Assembly (NCBI GenBank): GCA_031271345.1
Contig: JAISVX010000003.1
Location: forward strand, 437,223-501,222
Origin: Lactobacillaceae bacterium
GTDB taxonomy: Bacteria > Pseudomonadota > Alphaproteobacteria > RF32 > CAG-239
DNA length: 64,000 nucleotides
Direction of reading: 5' to 3'
Position numbers and translations under genes: made by a program. Numbering within the stretch: position 1 is the stretch's first letter; every line of letters starts with the position of its first letter. Of this stretch, positions 1 through 9,595 are shown in pieces. The notes under the pieces were generated by a model. That model saw only the letters and a program-made list of their open reading frames with translations. It had not been told where the DNA came from and did no database searches.

Positions 1-1805
1 TAGTCGTCATCGGGCAAAGTACGCATTGGTATTAAACCTTCCGCGCCGAGATTTTCTATCCTGACAAAGACCCCTGCCGTCGATATGCCCGAGATTTTCA
101 CTTCAAAATCCTGACCGATGGATGGCTCAAGATATTGGGCAAGAAACCTTGAAACAAGTTCTCTCTCGGCATTGACCGCTTTTCTTTCTGTCTGGGAAAT
201 ATGCTCGCCTGCTTCCTTAAAAGTATTCATTGTCGCCTCAGGCTCAAGCCCGCCGCCGTCAGGCATATTATACGCCCTTATCAAAGCTCTGTGAACAAGC
301 AAATCCGAATAGCGCCTTATCGGAGACGTAAAATGCGCGTAATCATCCAGCGCCAAACCAAAGTGTCCGAGATTTATCGGGCTGTATTTTGCCTGGCTCT
401 GCAGACGCAGGATTAAATCGTTTATGCCTTCGTTGCACCCTTTTTTTGCCGAAGCCTCCAAAATGTTGTTAAAATGCTCTGGTTTAATAGCTGGAACATC
501 AAGAATCTTCAAACCCAAATCTTTCAATAAAGGTTTTATTTCCGTCAATTTTTCTTCCAGCGGCGGCTCATGAATTCTATACATAACGGGAAGCCCGGAC
601 TTTTTAAGAGCTTTCGCCGCGCAGACATTTGCGCAAACCATAAACTCTTCAATTATCTTATTTGAAGCAAGTATCTCATATTTCTCAACTTTTATTACAT
701 GTCCGTTTTTATCAAGCTTGATTTTTATTTCATTGCTTTCAAGCTCCAGCACTCCGCGCTTTTTTCTCGCTTTATCAAGTGCGAAATATGCCTCGTAAAT
801 CGGCTGAATAACATTTTTGAAAACAGGCATAATATTCTGGCTGTAATTTCCTTCAATTGCATTTTGAACTTCTTTATAAGTAAGTCTTGCCGAAGATTTT
901 ATAACCGCCCTTTTAAAATCATAGCTTCGAATATTGCCATCGACGTCAATTTTAATGAGACAAACAATGCTCGCCCTTTCTTCCTTCGGACGCAGCGAAC
1001 ACAGGTCGTTTGACAATTTTTCTGGAAGCATGGGAATAACCATATTCGGAAGATAAACCGAATTTCCTCTTCTATAAGCTTCTCTGTCAAGCTCAGTATG
1101 TGGTTTGACATAAAACGCGACATCCGCGATGGCAGCCATAAGATTAAAGCCAAAATCCGTTCTTTCCGCAAAAACCGCGTCATCAAAATCTTTGGAATCA
1201 TCTCCGTCAATTGTAACAAAAGGTATATGGGTTAAGTCTTCCCTGTTTTTTTTATCAAACTCTGGAAGCCTTAAAGTTTCTTTGATAACCGCGCTAGAAA
1301 AATCATAAGGAATGCCGTATTTATCAAGAACTATGGCTGCAGCGGCTTTATTCAGGTCAAATTTACCTAAAGATTTGACAATTTCAAACTGCTTATACCT
1401 TCCGCTGCCAGTTAAAAAACCGCTTACATAATCTCCTTCCTGAGCTGATTTCGGGTTTAAGATTAAATATTCGTTATTTGAGTTTTTCTCAGTAGTTTTG
1501 AGAACATAACGCCCGTTTTCTTTAACCATAACGCCGCGGATTTTATCAGGCTCGGTTCCCGACATATATGTTCTCATAATCGGCTTGGTCCAATATGCGC
1601 CGCGCTTGTTTATTATCTCGCCGATAAACTTATCGCCTGCCTGCAGCGCCGGCTTTATTCTTTTATTTTCGATAATATAAATTTTCACTTCCTGATATTT
1701 GCTGTCGTAGGGTTTTGCTATCAAATCGCCGAAACCGCTTTCTCCAACAACCTCCATATTAAGGCTTTGAGGAAAATTCAGGCTGCCTTTTTTCTTCTTT
1801 TTCAT
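1..1805 (-). CDS. rnr: Ribonuclease R (RNase II/R family), 3' end of the gene cut off by the window edge. It is missing from the ORF track because the ORF runs off the window
   Basis: My own minus-strand translation runs from the ATG at 1805 to position 1 with no stop. The start reads MKKKKKGSLNFPQS. An RNB catalytic motif HFGLALDDYAHFTSPIRRYSDLLVHRALI lies around 300-390, and an S1-like segment EFEVKISGISTAGVFVRIENLGAEG lies near position 1. The ATG is 1 nt from the xth stop. Confidence 0.7.
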   Translation of the reverse strand, partial: MKKKKKGSLNFPQSLNMEVVGESGFGDLIAKPYDSKYQEVKIYIIENKRIKPALQAGDKFIGEIINKRGAYWTKPIMRTYMSGTEPDKIRGVMVKENGRYVLKTTEKNSNNEYLILNPKSAQEGDYVSGFLTGSGRYKQFEIVKSLGKFDLNKAAAAIVLDKYGIPYDFSSAVIKETLRLPEFDKKNREDLTHIPFVTIDGDDSKDFDDAVFAERTDFGFNLMAAIADVAFYVKPHTELDREAYRRGNSVYLPNMVIPMLPEKLSNDLCSLRPKEERASIVCLIKIDVDGNIRSYDFKRAVIKSSARLTYKEVQNAIEGNYSQNIMPVFKNVIQPIYEAYFALDKARKKRGVLELESNEIKIKLDKNGHVIKVEKYEILASNKIIEEFMVCANVCAAKALKKSGLPVMYRIHEPPLEEKLTEIKPLLKDLGLKILDVPAIKPEHFNNILEASAKKGCNEGINDLILRLQSQAKYSPINLGHFGLALDDYAHFTSPIRRYSDLLVHRALIRAYNMPDGGGLEPEATMNTFKEAGEHISQTERKAVNAERELVSRFLAQYLEPSIGQDFEVKISGISTAGVFVRIENLGAEGLIPMRTLPDDD

Positions 1806-1806
1806 C

Positions 1807-2598
1807 TTATTTCAATTCTGCAATTAGCGGCGTATGGTCGGATGGCTTTACTTTTCCTCGTGGGTTTTTATCTACATAACATTTGGATAATCTGTCAGCC
1901 AAAATCGGCGAAAGAAGAATATAATCAATTCTCATGCCCAAGTCCGCATTAAACGCATTTCCAGAATAGTCCCAAAATGTATATCCGACATCTTTTGGAT
2001 GGAGAGTTCTGAAAGCGTCATAAAATCCCAAATATTCTATAGCTTTCAGACGCTGCCTGACCTCTTCTCTCATCAGCGCGTTATTTTTAAACATTTCCGG
2101 GTCATAGACATCAGAATTAGTAATTATAACATTAAAGTCTCCGCCTAAAATGACAGGCTCGTTTAAAGACAGCAAATCTTTCGCATGCGCGTACATTGCC
2201 TCCATCCACTTAAGCTTATAGTCAAACTTAGAGTTATCATCCGGGTTATTATACGGCGGATTGCCGTTTGGAAAATATGCTGAGGCAACTCTTATTTTTT
2301 CGTCTTTTACATGAATAACAGCCTCAAGATAACGAGAATTTTCATCCTTAAAATTCGGCAGGTTTTCATGCGCGATTTCAATTTTATATCTGCTCAAAAC
2401 CGCCACGCCGTTATAAGACTTTTGACCCAGGATTTTTGCGTTATACCCTAATGTCTGCAAATCAAAAAAAGGAAACGCCGCATAGTCGCTTTTTATCTCC
2501 TGCAGCAGCACGACATCCGGAGCTTCGCTGTCAAGCCATCCAGCCAAATTCTCCATCCTCGCGTTTATTGAGTTTACATTAAATGTTGCTATCTTCAT
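1807..2598 (-). CDS. xthA: Exodeoxyribonuclease III (AP endonuclease, EEP family)
   Basis: 263 aa. N-terminal MKIATFNVNSIN, LLQEIK, and a C-terminal SDHTPL-type motif typical of ExoIII. Confidence 0.85.
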   Translation of the reverse strand: MKIATFNVNSINARMENLAGWLDSEAPDVVLLQEIKSDYAAFPFFDLQTLGYNAKILGQKSYNGVAVLSRYKIEIAHENLPNFKDENSRYLEAVIHVKDEKIRVASAYFPNGNPPYNNPDDNSKFDYKLKWMEAMYAHAKDLLSLNEPVILGGDFNVIITNSDVYDPEMFKNNALMREEVRQRLKAIEYLGFYDAFRTLHPKDVGYTFWDYSGNAFNADLGMRIDYILLSPILADRLSKCYVDKNPRGKVKPSDHTPLIAELK

Positions 2599-2670
2599 AC
2601 TATCACCTTATTGACATATCAATTAGTATAATTGTATATTAAAAAAAAACTCAAAGAAAGATAAAAAAAC

Positions 2671-3825
2671 ATGACTTTAGCAACTTATGCCGTAAATTCT
2701 GAAAACACAAAAGGAAGACAATATAAAGACTTTCCAAACAGCGTGCGCTCTCCTTTTCAAAGAGACCGAGACAGAATAATCCACTCGTCTGCTTTTCGTC
2801 TTTTAGACGGCAAAACTCAAGTGTTCGCATATCATGAAGGAAAAAACTACCGCACCCGTTTAACGCACAGCATCGAAGTGGCTCAGATAACCAGAACAAT
2901 ATGCAAAAGCCTGAATATTAATGAAGAACTTGGCGAAGCTATAGCTCTGGCTCATGATTTGGGACATCCTCCGTTCGGACACTCGGGCGAGAGAGGATTG
3001 CAAATTGCCATGGAAGGATACGGCGAGTTTGACCATAATGTACATTCGCTGAAAGTCGTTACAAAAATTGAAACCCACTATCCGCAGTTTGAAGGACTTA
3101 ATCTTTCGTGGGAAGTGCTTGAAGGAATAGCCAAACATAACGGACCAATTAAAAATCCTAAAAACAAGTATTTAACAGATTTTAACAAAAAGTTTAATTT
3201 AGAACTTGATACATTTCCTTCTCTCGAAGCCCAAATCGCAAACCTTGCGGATGATGTCGCTTATAACAATCATGACTTGGACGATGGTTTCAGAGGCGGC
3301 TTCTTTACCATGAAAGACCTGTGCCGGCTTCCGTTTATTGATAAAATCATCAAAGAATTTGATAAAGAATATCCAAACGCGGATGATAAAATCAAAATAT
3401 ACAACATCACAAGAAACACCATAACAAGAATGGTCATAGACATTCTTGAAAACACCAGGAGCAACATCGAAAAATATAAAATCAAAACCATTGAAGATAT
3501 AAGAAAACAAAATATTCCCATGGCTGAGTTTTCAAATGAGCTGAAAGAAGATTTAAAAATTCTGCGCGGGTTTTTAATGGAAAATTTTTATACCTCCACT
3601 TCCTTGGCTGCAATGGACCACAAATCTCAAAAGGTTGTCAAAGATTTGTTCGACATACATATAGAAAACCCCATGATTTTATCAAAAGAACTGCGTAACA
3701 AAGTAAAAAGCATGGAGGATAAAAATAAAGTCGCGGAAATCATCTCCGAATACATCGCCGGCATGACCGATATAGGCGCGCTTTCCGAGCATGAAAGGCT
3801 TTTCAATCTTTATAAAAGATTCTAG
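2671..3825 (+). CDS. dGTP triphosphohydrolase-like HD-domain phosphohydrolase
   Basis: 384 aa. HSIEVAQI...LAHDLGHPPFGHSGE is an HD-domain metal-binding motif typical of the dGTPase family. Confidence 0.8.
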   Translation: MTLATYAVNSENTKGRQYKDFPNSVRSPFQRDRDRIIHSSAFRLLDGKTQVFAYHEGKNYRTRLTHSIEVAQITRTICKSLNINEELGEAIALAHDLGHPPFGHSGERGLQIAMEGYGEFDHNVHSLKVVTKIETHYPQFEGLNLSWEVLEGIAKHNGPIKNPKNKYLTDFNKKFNLELDTFPSLEAQIANLADDVAYNNHDLDDGFRGGFFTMKDLCRLPFIDKIIKEFDKEYPNADDKIKIYNITRNTITRMVIDILENTRSNIEKYKIKTIEDIRKQNIPMAEFSNELKEDLKILRGFLMENFYTSTSLAAMDHKSQKVVKDLFDIHIENPMILSKELRNKVKSMEDKNKVAEIISEYIAGMTDIGALSEHERLFNLYKRF

Positions 3826-3897
3826 CTTCTGTTAAAGTATTATAAAGATTTATAAGATAAAATCTTCTTAAAATGAAAAAATTTAAGGAGATAAATT

Positions 3898-4842
3898 ATG
3901 TTTCAAGATTTTAATGAAAACAATAATAACGACGACGATTTCTTAAATGAATTCCGTCAAAAGCTTGCGAACCAGGCCAATGCAAGAAACGAAGAGAAAC
4001 AAAAAGATCTTCAGCGCTCCAAAAGCGTATTTCTCGGCGCAATTGCAGGTGTCGGTTTAGCGTGCGTTGTCGGCTGGTTTGCGCTGTCTCCAAAACAAAC
4101 GGGAAATGAAGAAGTTCCAATTATCAAAAAACAGCAGGCGGCGGTAAAAATAAAGCCAACCGAGCCGGGCGGCATGGAAATATTAAACCAGGACAAAACC
4201 GTTTATAATATTATCGATAAATCTAATGAAGCCAATGTAGAACAACTGCTTCCTCCTCCAGAAGAGCCAAAGCTTCCCGAGATTTCTCCTGAAACCGCTG
4301 AAGAAATACAGCCTGTGACAATTGCTGAAATAATCGACAATGTTGACGGCGGAGAAATCGTTGTCGCAGATGTTGTTGAGCCACAGGGAATAGAAGATGC
4401 TCCCGAAGCAAAGACTCTTCCTTTTGCCGAAGCTGTAAAAGCTTCCGAACCTGTTGTTGAAGAACCTGCCGCTGCTGAAAGAGAAAGAGATTATCTTTTG
4501 CCCGAAGTCAAAAAAGAAGCTCCTAAAGAAGTAAAACCAGAGCCGGCAAAAGAAGAAGCTGTTGTTGATAATGCAAAACCGGCAACAGCTCCAAGCGGAA
4601 CATGGCAGATTCAAATAATGTCTTCAAAAAACAAAAAAGCGGTTGAAGATTCTATTAAACCTACCGTAAAAAAACATTCTGTGTTAGCAAATCTTCCTTA
4701 CGAAATTGAAGAAGCCGACCTCCAGTTTGACGGCATATTCTACCGCTTAAAATTTGGCGCTTTTTCAGCTAAAAACGATGCTGACATCGTATGCGGTCAA
4801 ATCAAGGCCAATGGAGGTTCTTGCTTGGTCAAGAAAAAATAA
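3898..4842 (+). CDS. SPOR-domain cell-division/peptidoglycan-binding protein
   Basis: 314 aa. It has one N-terminal TM segment, an acidic Pro/Glu-rich linker, and a C-terminal segment GTWQIQIMSSKNKKAVEDSI...FYRLKFGAFSAKNDADIVCGQIKANGGSCLV with the SPOR fold signature. Confidence 0.6.
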   Translation: MFQDFNENNNNDDDFLNEFRQKLANQANARNEEKQKDLQRSKSVFLGAIAGVGLACVVGWFALSPKQTGNEEVPIIKKQQAAVKIKPTEPGGMEILNQDKTVYNIIDKSNEANVEQLLPPPEEPKLPEISPETAEEIQPVTIAEIIDNVDGGEIVVADVVEPQGIEDAPEAKTLPFAEAVKASEPVVEEPAAAERERDYLLPEVKKEAPKEVKPEPAKEEAVVDNAKPATAPSGTWQIQIMSSKNKKAVEDSIKPTVKKHSVLANLPYEIEEADLQFDGIFYRLKFGAFSAKNDADIVCGQIKANGGSCLVKKK

Positions 4843-5493
4843 ATGGAAATAGCTTTAAGCTTAACAGCCTTATTTTTCGCCATTGTACTTCATGAGATAG
4901 CTCATGGGTACGTGGCGCTTTTATGCGGCGACGACACTGCAAAAAGACAAAAAAGACTATCGCTAAATCCACTCCGCCACATTGACCCAATCGGTACAAT
5001 TATCGTTCCTTTGGCAATGTATTTCAGCAATATAGGATTTGTATTCGGCTGGGCAAAACCAGTTCCCGTAAACTATTATAATCTCCGCAAAGGCAGAAGA
5101 GACATTGTACTAGTTGCTTCCGCCGGAATTATAACAAATCTATCTTTAGCCCTTTTGTCAGCGTTAGTCATCAAGCTGTTTCCGCCCATAGAAAATACTT
5201 TTATCGGGCATATAGGAGTGGGATTTTTAGTTCCTTTTATTTTATATAATATAATACTCGCAGTGTTCAACCTGATACCAATTCCTCCCCTGGATGGTTC
5301 AAAAATGCTCTTTACTTACATAAACAAGCCTTGGGCATATAAATATCTTTCAAATGAAAGAGCCGGGTTTGGAATAATTATATTAATCGGGTTTATCATC
5401 CCTGCCGCACTAGAGCCGTTAGGAATAGATTTTGATATTTTGGGAGCATACATAAAAGGATTTACGCATTTTATATTAAACTTACTGCCATAG
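4843..5493 (+). CDS. Site-2 protease family (M50) intramembrane zinc metalloprotease
   Basis: 216 aa polytopic protein. HEIAHGY is an HExxH motif inside a TM segment, and a downstream NLIPIPPLDG matches the LDG motif of S2P/SpoIVFB-like proteases. Confidence 0.65.
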   Translation: MEIALSLTALFFAIVLHEIAHGYVALLCGDDTAKRQKRLSLNPLRHIDPIGTIIVPLAMYFSNIGFVFGWAKPVPVNYYNLRKGRRDIVLVASAGIITNLSLALLSALVIKLFPPIENTFIGHIGVGFLVPFILYNIILAVFNLIPIPPLDGSKMLFTYINKPWAYKYLSNERAGFGIIILIGFIIPAALEPLGIDFDILGAYIKGFTHFILNLLP

Positions 5494-5502
5494 GAAACCG
5501 CA

Positions 5503-6576
5503 ATGACAAAACCTATGATACCAGCAATGCTGTCTTTTCAGGGACACTCATTATCAGACGATGAAAAAAGGCTGTTTCGCCGATATAATCCTGTCGGATT
5601 TAATTTGTTCGGCAGAAATATAAAAAATAAATCCCAGTTGAAAAAGCTCATTAATGAAATTAAGGAACTCTTAGAAAGAGACGACATACTATTTGCCATT
5701 GATCAGGAAGGCGGCAGAGTAAGACGTCTCGCCGAACCGGAGTTTCGCCCATATCTCCCGCAATATGCTTTTGGGGATCTGTATCTTAAAAATAAAAAAG
5801 AAGCTCTTGATATGGCAAAAAAGCATGCCTGTTTAATTAGCGGCGATTTAAGAGAAATTGGATTTAATATGAATTATGCCCCGGTTTTAGACCTGGCACA
5901 GGAATACACATCTCCAGCCCTCAAAAGCAGATGTTTCGGCAGCGATGAAAAAATCGTGTCAATTCTTGGCAAAACAATGATAAATGAATATATCAAACGC
6001 TGCATTTCGCCATGTATTAAACATCTTCCGGGACATGGAAGAGCCAGCGTCGATCCCCATCTAAGACTGCCGATAATAAACACACCTCTAAAAGAGCTTG
6101 AAAAAGATTTTTACCCGTTTATAAAGAACAATAACTCTCCATCAGGAATGACCGCTCACATTGTCATACCAGAGATTGATGACAAACTTCCGATTACGCA
6201 GAGCAGAAAAGACATTGATTATATAATCAGGGGAATTATCGGCTTTGATGGCTTTTTAATCTCCGACGCAATAGATATGAAAGCCCTAAAGGGTACAATC
6301 GGAGAAAAAACCAAAGCATCGCTCCAAGCCGGGTGCGACGCCGTATGCTACGCATTGGGCAAGTTTGAAGAACTTATTGAAATTTGCGATAACTGTAGTA
6401 TTATAAACGATAAGTCACAATCAAGATTTGAGAAAATAAAATCTATAGTCGGCAAAGTTCCAAACTTTAAAAACATTAAAGATATTTCTCAAAAATATGA
6501 AGAAAAAGCCGGCGGCATAGAATTATATAACGACAGCTATGACGCCACCGAAGTTTTAAACAAATTGAGAGGTTGA
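5503..6576 (+). CDS. nagZ: Beta-N-acetylhexosaminidase (glycoside hydrolase family 3, peptidoglycan recycling)
   Basis: 357 aa. AIDQEGGRVRRL and KHLPGHGRASVDPH are GH3 N-terminal domain motifs. Confidence 0.8.
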   Translation: MTKPMIPAMLSFQGHSLSDDEKRLFRRYNPVGFNLFGRNIKNKSQLKKLINEIKELLERDDILFAIDQEGGRVRRLAEPEFRPYLPQYAFGDLYLKNKKEALDMAKKHACLISGDLREIGFNMNYAPVLDLAQEYTSPALKSRCFGSDEKIVSILGKTMINEYIKRCISPCIKHLPGHGRASVDPHLRLPIINTPLKELEKDFYPFIKNNNSPSGMTAHIVIPEIDDKLPITQSRKDIDYIIRGIIGFDGFLISDAIDMKALKGTIGEKTKASLQAGCDAVCYALGKFEELIEICDNCSIINDKSQSRFEKIKSIVGKVPNFKNIKDISQKYEEKAGGIELYNDSYDATEVLNKLRG

Positions 6577-6577
6577 T

Positions 6578-6712
6578 ATGATATGGAATTTCATAAGCTG
6601 GGCAGTTATAATCGGCGTTATCCTTGCCATTTTTGAAGCCGACAAAATACCGATGATAAAAAAGCTTTTAGATAAGCTGTTAGACAGCAAAAAAAAGACT
6701 AAAAAGAAATAA
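6578..6712 (+). CDS. Small (44 aa) single-pass membrane protein, hypothetical. It is below the ORF-track cutoff
   Basis: ATG at 6578 sits 2 nt after the nagZ stop. Translation MIWNFISWAVIIGVILAIFEADKIPMIKKLLDKLLDSKKKTKKK is a hydrophobic helix followed by a lysine-rich tail. A rho-independent terminator follows. Confidence 0.3.
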   Translation: MIWNFISWAVIIGVILAIFEADKIPMIKKLLDKLLDSKKKTKKK

Positions 6713-6713
6713 T

Positions 6714-6744
6714 AAAAAGCCCTTAACAAAGGGCTTTTTATTAT
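6714..6744. terminator. Bidirectional rho-independent terminator
   Basis: Hairpin aaaagccc/ttaacaaa/gggctttt with an A-run before and a T-run after. It sits between convergent genes. Confidence 0.5.
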
Positions 6745-8378
6745 TCTCCGCTATCAATTATCAGCTTCTCTAAGTCCGCTGGAAAATCTACGTTTAACGC
6801 TTCGTCTTCGCTTTCGAAATCAACTATCGTCGCATAATCTTCATGTTCTACCAAACTCGGACGCATATAACTGTTTTCCGGGACAAGTTCGGCAAATGCC
6901 ATCACATTTTTGCTCCAAAGAACAGGATTATTTTTCACGCCATCCCATGATGAAACTACCACCTGCTTATTTTTCCTTTTGTCAAACTTTTTAACCAGTC
7001 TATTCAAATGCTTAGCCGTTATATTCGGCATATCCGCCGGAAGAAGGATAACTCCGTCGCAAAAACTCGGAACATGGTTTACCGCCAGATTAATCGAGCT
7101 TTTTATACCGTCTCTAAAAGACAGATTATTAATAATGTTTACATCAATATCGCCAAGCTTTTCTTCAATTTTTTCCGCCTGATACCCCGTAACAACGTAA
7201 ACAGGACCAATATTAGATTTTATTGCCTCTTTAACCGACCTTAAAAACAAAGGTTCGCCGCCGACATTTGCCAGCAGCTTATTCTGCCCGCATCTTGTGC
7301 TGAAGCCGCCCGCAAAAATCACAATGGCAACTGTCGCTTTTTTGCTGTCTTTCTGCATGGAGACAATCGCCTTTTTTTGCTCTGCCACAGTCAGTTTTTC
7401 TTTCACGGAAGACAACACTGGATTTTTAAACTCAAAATCTGCCGAAGATATTTTATCCAGAATAACTGTTTTAAGTATCATTTCATCTATTACATCGGAA
7501 TCAACATCCTTATAATTATAAGGCACATTTATAATTCTTAGATGACGCTTGCCGGCAACAATAAAATCACTAATGCCGACATTGGGCGCTTCATCAATAA
7601 ACTTTTCGTCAACAATGCTTGATATTGCCTTTGAAACAATATCATTGTCCCCTCTGGTTCTAAGACTTGAAATAACAAAAACGATGTCGCAGGCAAAATC
7701 TCGCGCGTTTTCAATTTCATCCGCGGTTGAATGCAGATTGTGTTCTGCAGGAAACTCGCGCGCAAAATCAACATCCAGATTTTGCAGTTTTGTTTTTAAT
7801 TTCACCAAGGTTTCCGAGAAGTGTTTTTTTTCAGTTTTATCTTTATAAAACTGGGTATAAACAACTCCCGCCTTTTTCTTTTCATTCTTAACCACGGATA
7901 CAAGCTCAACATTTCCAGATAATTTGAATATTATGTCTTCAATCTCTACCGAGCTGTAAAGCGGAAGCTCAAACTCCAGTTTTGCGATTACATCGCCGGT
8001 TTTTACAAACTCGTATAAAGGAATTGTATTAATTATTATGGCTTTGTTCATGCCGTTGAACTTTTGAATCCTGCCTTCATCGCTGACAAAACATCCGTCC
8101 GAAGCGGCAATAATTTTTACAATGCCGTTTTCGTCAGCTGTATATGCGGTGTTTTTTCCGCAAATTTTATTAGAAATTACGTCTTGAGCCGTTTTAAGCT
8201 CCATATCTCCATCTTCCACCCTGACAACCGTGACCTTTTCAATCCCCATTACCTGAAGCATAACAATATCTTCTTCGGTAACCGCATGCCCTTTATAAAG
8301 CACCCCTAAATCGGTTCTAATATCGTTTAATAGAACTCCGCCCTCGGCTTTATTAATTTTTACTTCTTCATAAATCAT
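6741..8378 (-). CDS. Fusion protein: the N-terminal ~340 aa resemble a MoeA/MogA-type molybdopterin-binding fold (uncertain), and the C-terminal ~200 aa are a MobA/MocA-like nucleotidyltransferase (GT-A fold)
   Basis: 545 aa. The C-terminal VAIVIFAGGFSTRCGQNKLL...GEPLF...VYVVTGYQAEKI...ILLPADMPNI matches the MobA-like NTP-transferase pattern. The middle segment AGVVYTQ...CDIVFVISSLRTRGDNDIVSKAI resembles a MoCF-biosynthesis domain. Confidence 0.45.
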   Translation of the reverse strand: MIYEEVKINKAEGGVLLNDIRTDLGVLYKGHAVTEEDIVMLQVMGIEKVTVVRVEDGDMELKTAQDVISNKICGKNTAYTADENGIVKIIAASDGCFVSDEGRIQKFNGMNKAIIINTIPLYEFVKTGDVIAKLEFELPLYSSVEIEDIIFKLSGNVELVSVVKNEKKKAGVVYTQFYKDKTEKKHFSETLVKLKTKLQNLDVDFAREFPAEHNLHSTADEIENARDFACDIVFVISSLRTRGDNDIVSKAISSIVDEKFIDEAPNVGISDFIVAGKRHLRIINVPYNYKDVDSDVIDEMILKTVILDKISSADFEFKNPVLSSVKEKLTVAEQKKAIVSMQKDSKKATVAIVIFAGGFSTRCGQNKLLANVGGEPLFLRSVKEAIKSNIGPVYVVTGYQAEKIEEKLGDIDVNIINNLSFRDGIKSSINLAVNHVPSFCDGVILLPADMPNITAKHLNRLVKKFDKRKNKQVVVSSWDGVKNNPVLWSKNVMAFAELVPENSYMRPSLVEHEDYATIVDFESEDEALNVDFPADLEKLIIDSGE

Positions 8379-8404
8379 AATCTGCCCCAGTACAAAGAAA
8401 ATGC

Positions 8405-9265
8405 CTAAACTTTAATGCTTATAAAAGACCTGTCGTCAAACGAGTTAAAAGATGAATTATAAGGCTTAAACGACTTATTTGACGTAAAGCAAAGAGGGTC
8501 TTCTTTCAAAACTTTCTTTAAATGTTTCTCTGCCTCTTCCAAAATATTATAAAGCTTTGGATACCCGTCTGAAGCCATTACAACAAATTTTGCATTGGGA
8601 ATTTTAACAACTCTAATCAAGCTTTTGGGAACCGAAAACCCGTCGAACACACCATAATTAAACTCTGTGTATTCCTCCCTGTTTTGAAACATTCCCTGTC
8701 TTTCCAACAGAGGAAAAATAAAGTCCCAGCCGGTATCTTTCTCGCACAATTCTTCAACTGTTTTGCCTTTGAGAATCTCTGTTTGAAGATAAAGCGACCT
8801 TGCTTCCATCATAACTTTATCAATCAGTTTATCATTATTAATATACTCGTTATCTACCAAAGCATGGCAATCGCCCACACACCATAGTTCTTTCTTATTT
8901 TTGCTGTAAATAATTGTTGAAGCAGTCGGACGCTCAACAGAATTAGCCTTAAGATGTTCATATTTTCTAATGCTTTTATACCAATCAGCGATATATTTGG
9001 TAACAACCTCAACGGCTTCATAAGCTGTTGCATTTGCGGGGATGGTTCCTATCGCAGCCTTAACTTTTTCCATAGCTACGCGTCCGGAAGACTTGCCTCC
9101 ATACTGTACTTTCGATTTTGCCGTCGCGCCGTCAATAATAGCGATAAAATCATTGGAAACAAAAATCCCATCCTCACACAGGCTTTGATCTTTGTTTCTG
9201 CCTTCCAAAAACTCTTCTACAACTTGCATGCCAACCATTCTCCATAAACCTAAGATACCTTGCAT
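8405..9265 (-). CDS. PP2C-family (PPM) protein serine/threonine phosphatase; start codon uncertain
   Basis: FIAIIDGATAKS...GGKSSGRVA, WCVGDCHALV (compare the GDSRA motif) and VMASDGYPKL (compare ASDGLWD) fit PPM phosphatase motifs. The annotated ORF start at 9355 overlaps the tRNA-Ser terminator hairpin, so an internal ATG is more likely (9265, 9235 or 9226). Confidence 0.5.
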   Translation of the reverse strand: MQGILGLWRMVGMQVVEEFLEGRNKDQSLCEDGIFVSNDFIAIIDGATAKSKVQYGGKSSGRVAMEKVKAAIGTIPANATAYEAVEVVTKYIADWYKSIRKYEHLKANSVERPTASTIIYSKNKKELWCVGDCHALVDNEYINNDKLIDKVMMEARSLYLQTEILKGKTVEELCEKDTGWDFIFPLLERQGMFQNREEYTEFNYGVFDGFSVPKSLIRVVKIPNAKFVVMASDGYPKLYNILEEAEKHLKKVLKEDPLCFTSNKSFKPYNSSFNSFDDRSFISIKV

Positions 9266-9338
9266 TATATCCAAATAATGCAAATGCACAATTGAAATAT
9301 TATTTATACTCCGCTGTTTTTTGAAACTCTCCTGACAT

Positions 9339-9370
9339 AAAAAAAGGCACCGCAAGGGTGCCTTTTTTTA
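9339..9370. terminator. Rho-independent terminator directly downstream of tRNA-Ser(GCU)
   Basis: aaggcacc/gcaag/ggtgcctt hairpin flanked by an A-run and a T-run. Confidence 0.5.
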
Positions 9371-9371
9371 G

Positions 9372-9458
9372 TGGCGGAGAGTATAGGACTCGAACCTATG
9401 CATCGGAAACCCGATGACAGATTAGCAATCTGCTGCATTACCACTCTGCCAACTCTCC
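9372..9458 (-). tRNA. tRNA-Ser (anticodon GCU), long variable arm
   Basis: The reverse complement gives GGAGAGU...ACUCUCC-G-CCA acceptor pairing. The anticodon loop is uuGCUaa in a gcaga/ucugc stem. The gene is 87 nt with an encoded CCA. Confidence 0.85.
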
Positions 9459-9595
9459 ACAAATCATCAGTATGTTTATATCATCTTTTTTGGTTCGTCA
9501 ATATATTTTTAACTGCCGATAATCTTTTTTGCTTTATTAAATGCTTAAAAAAAGCTATGATATACATACCAAAAAATTATTAGGAGTTAGTGCTA

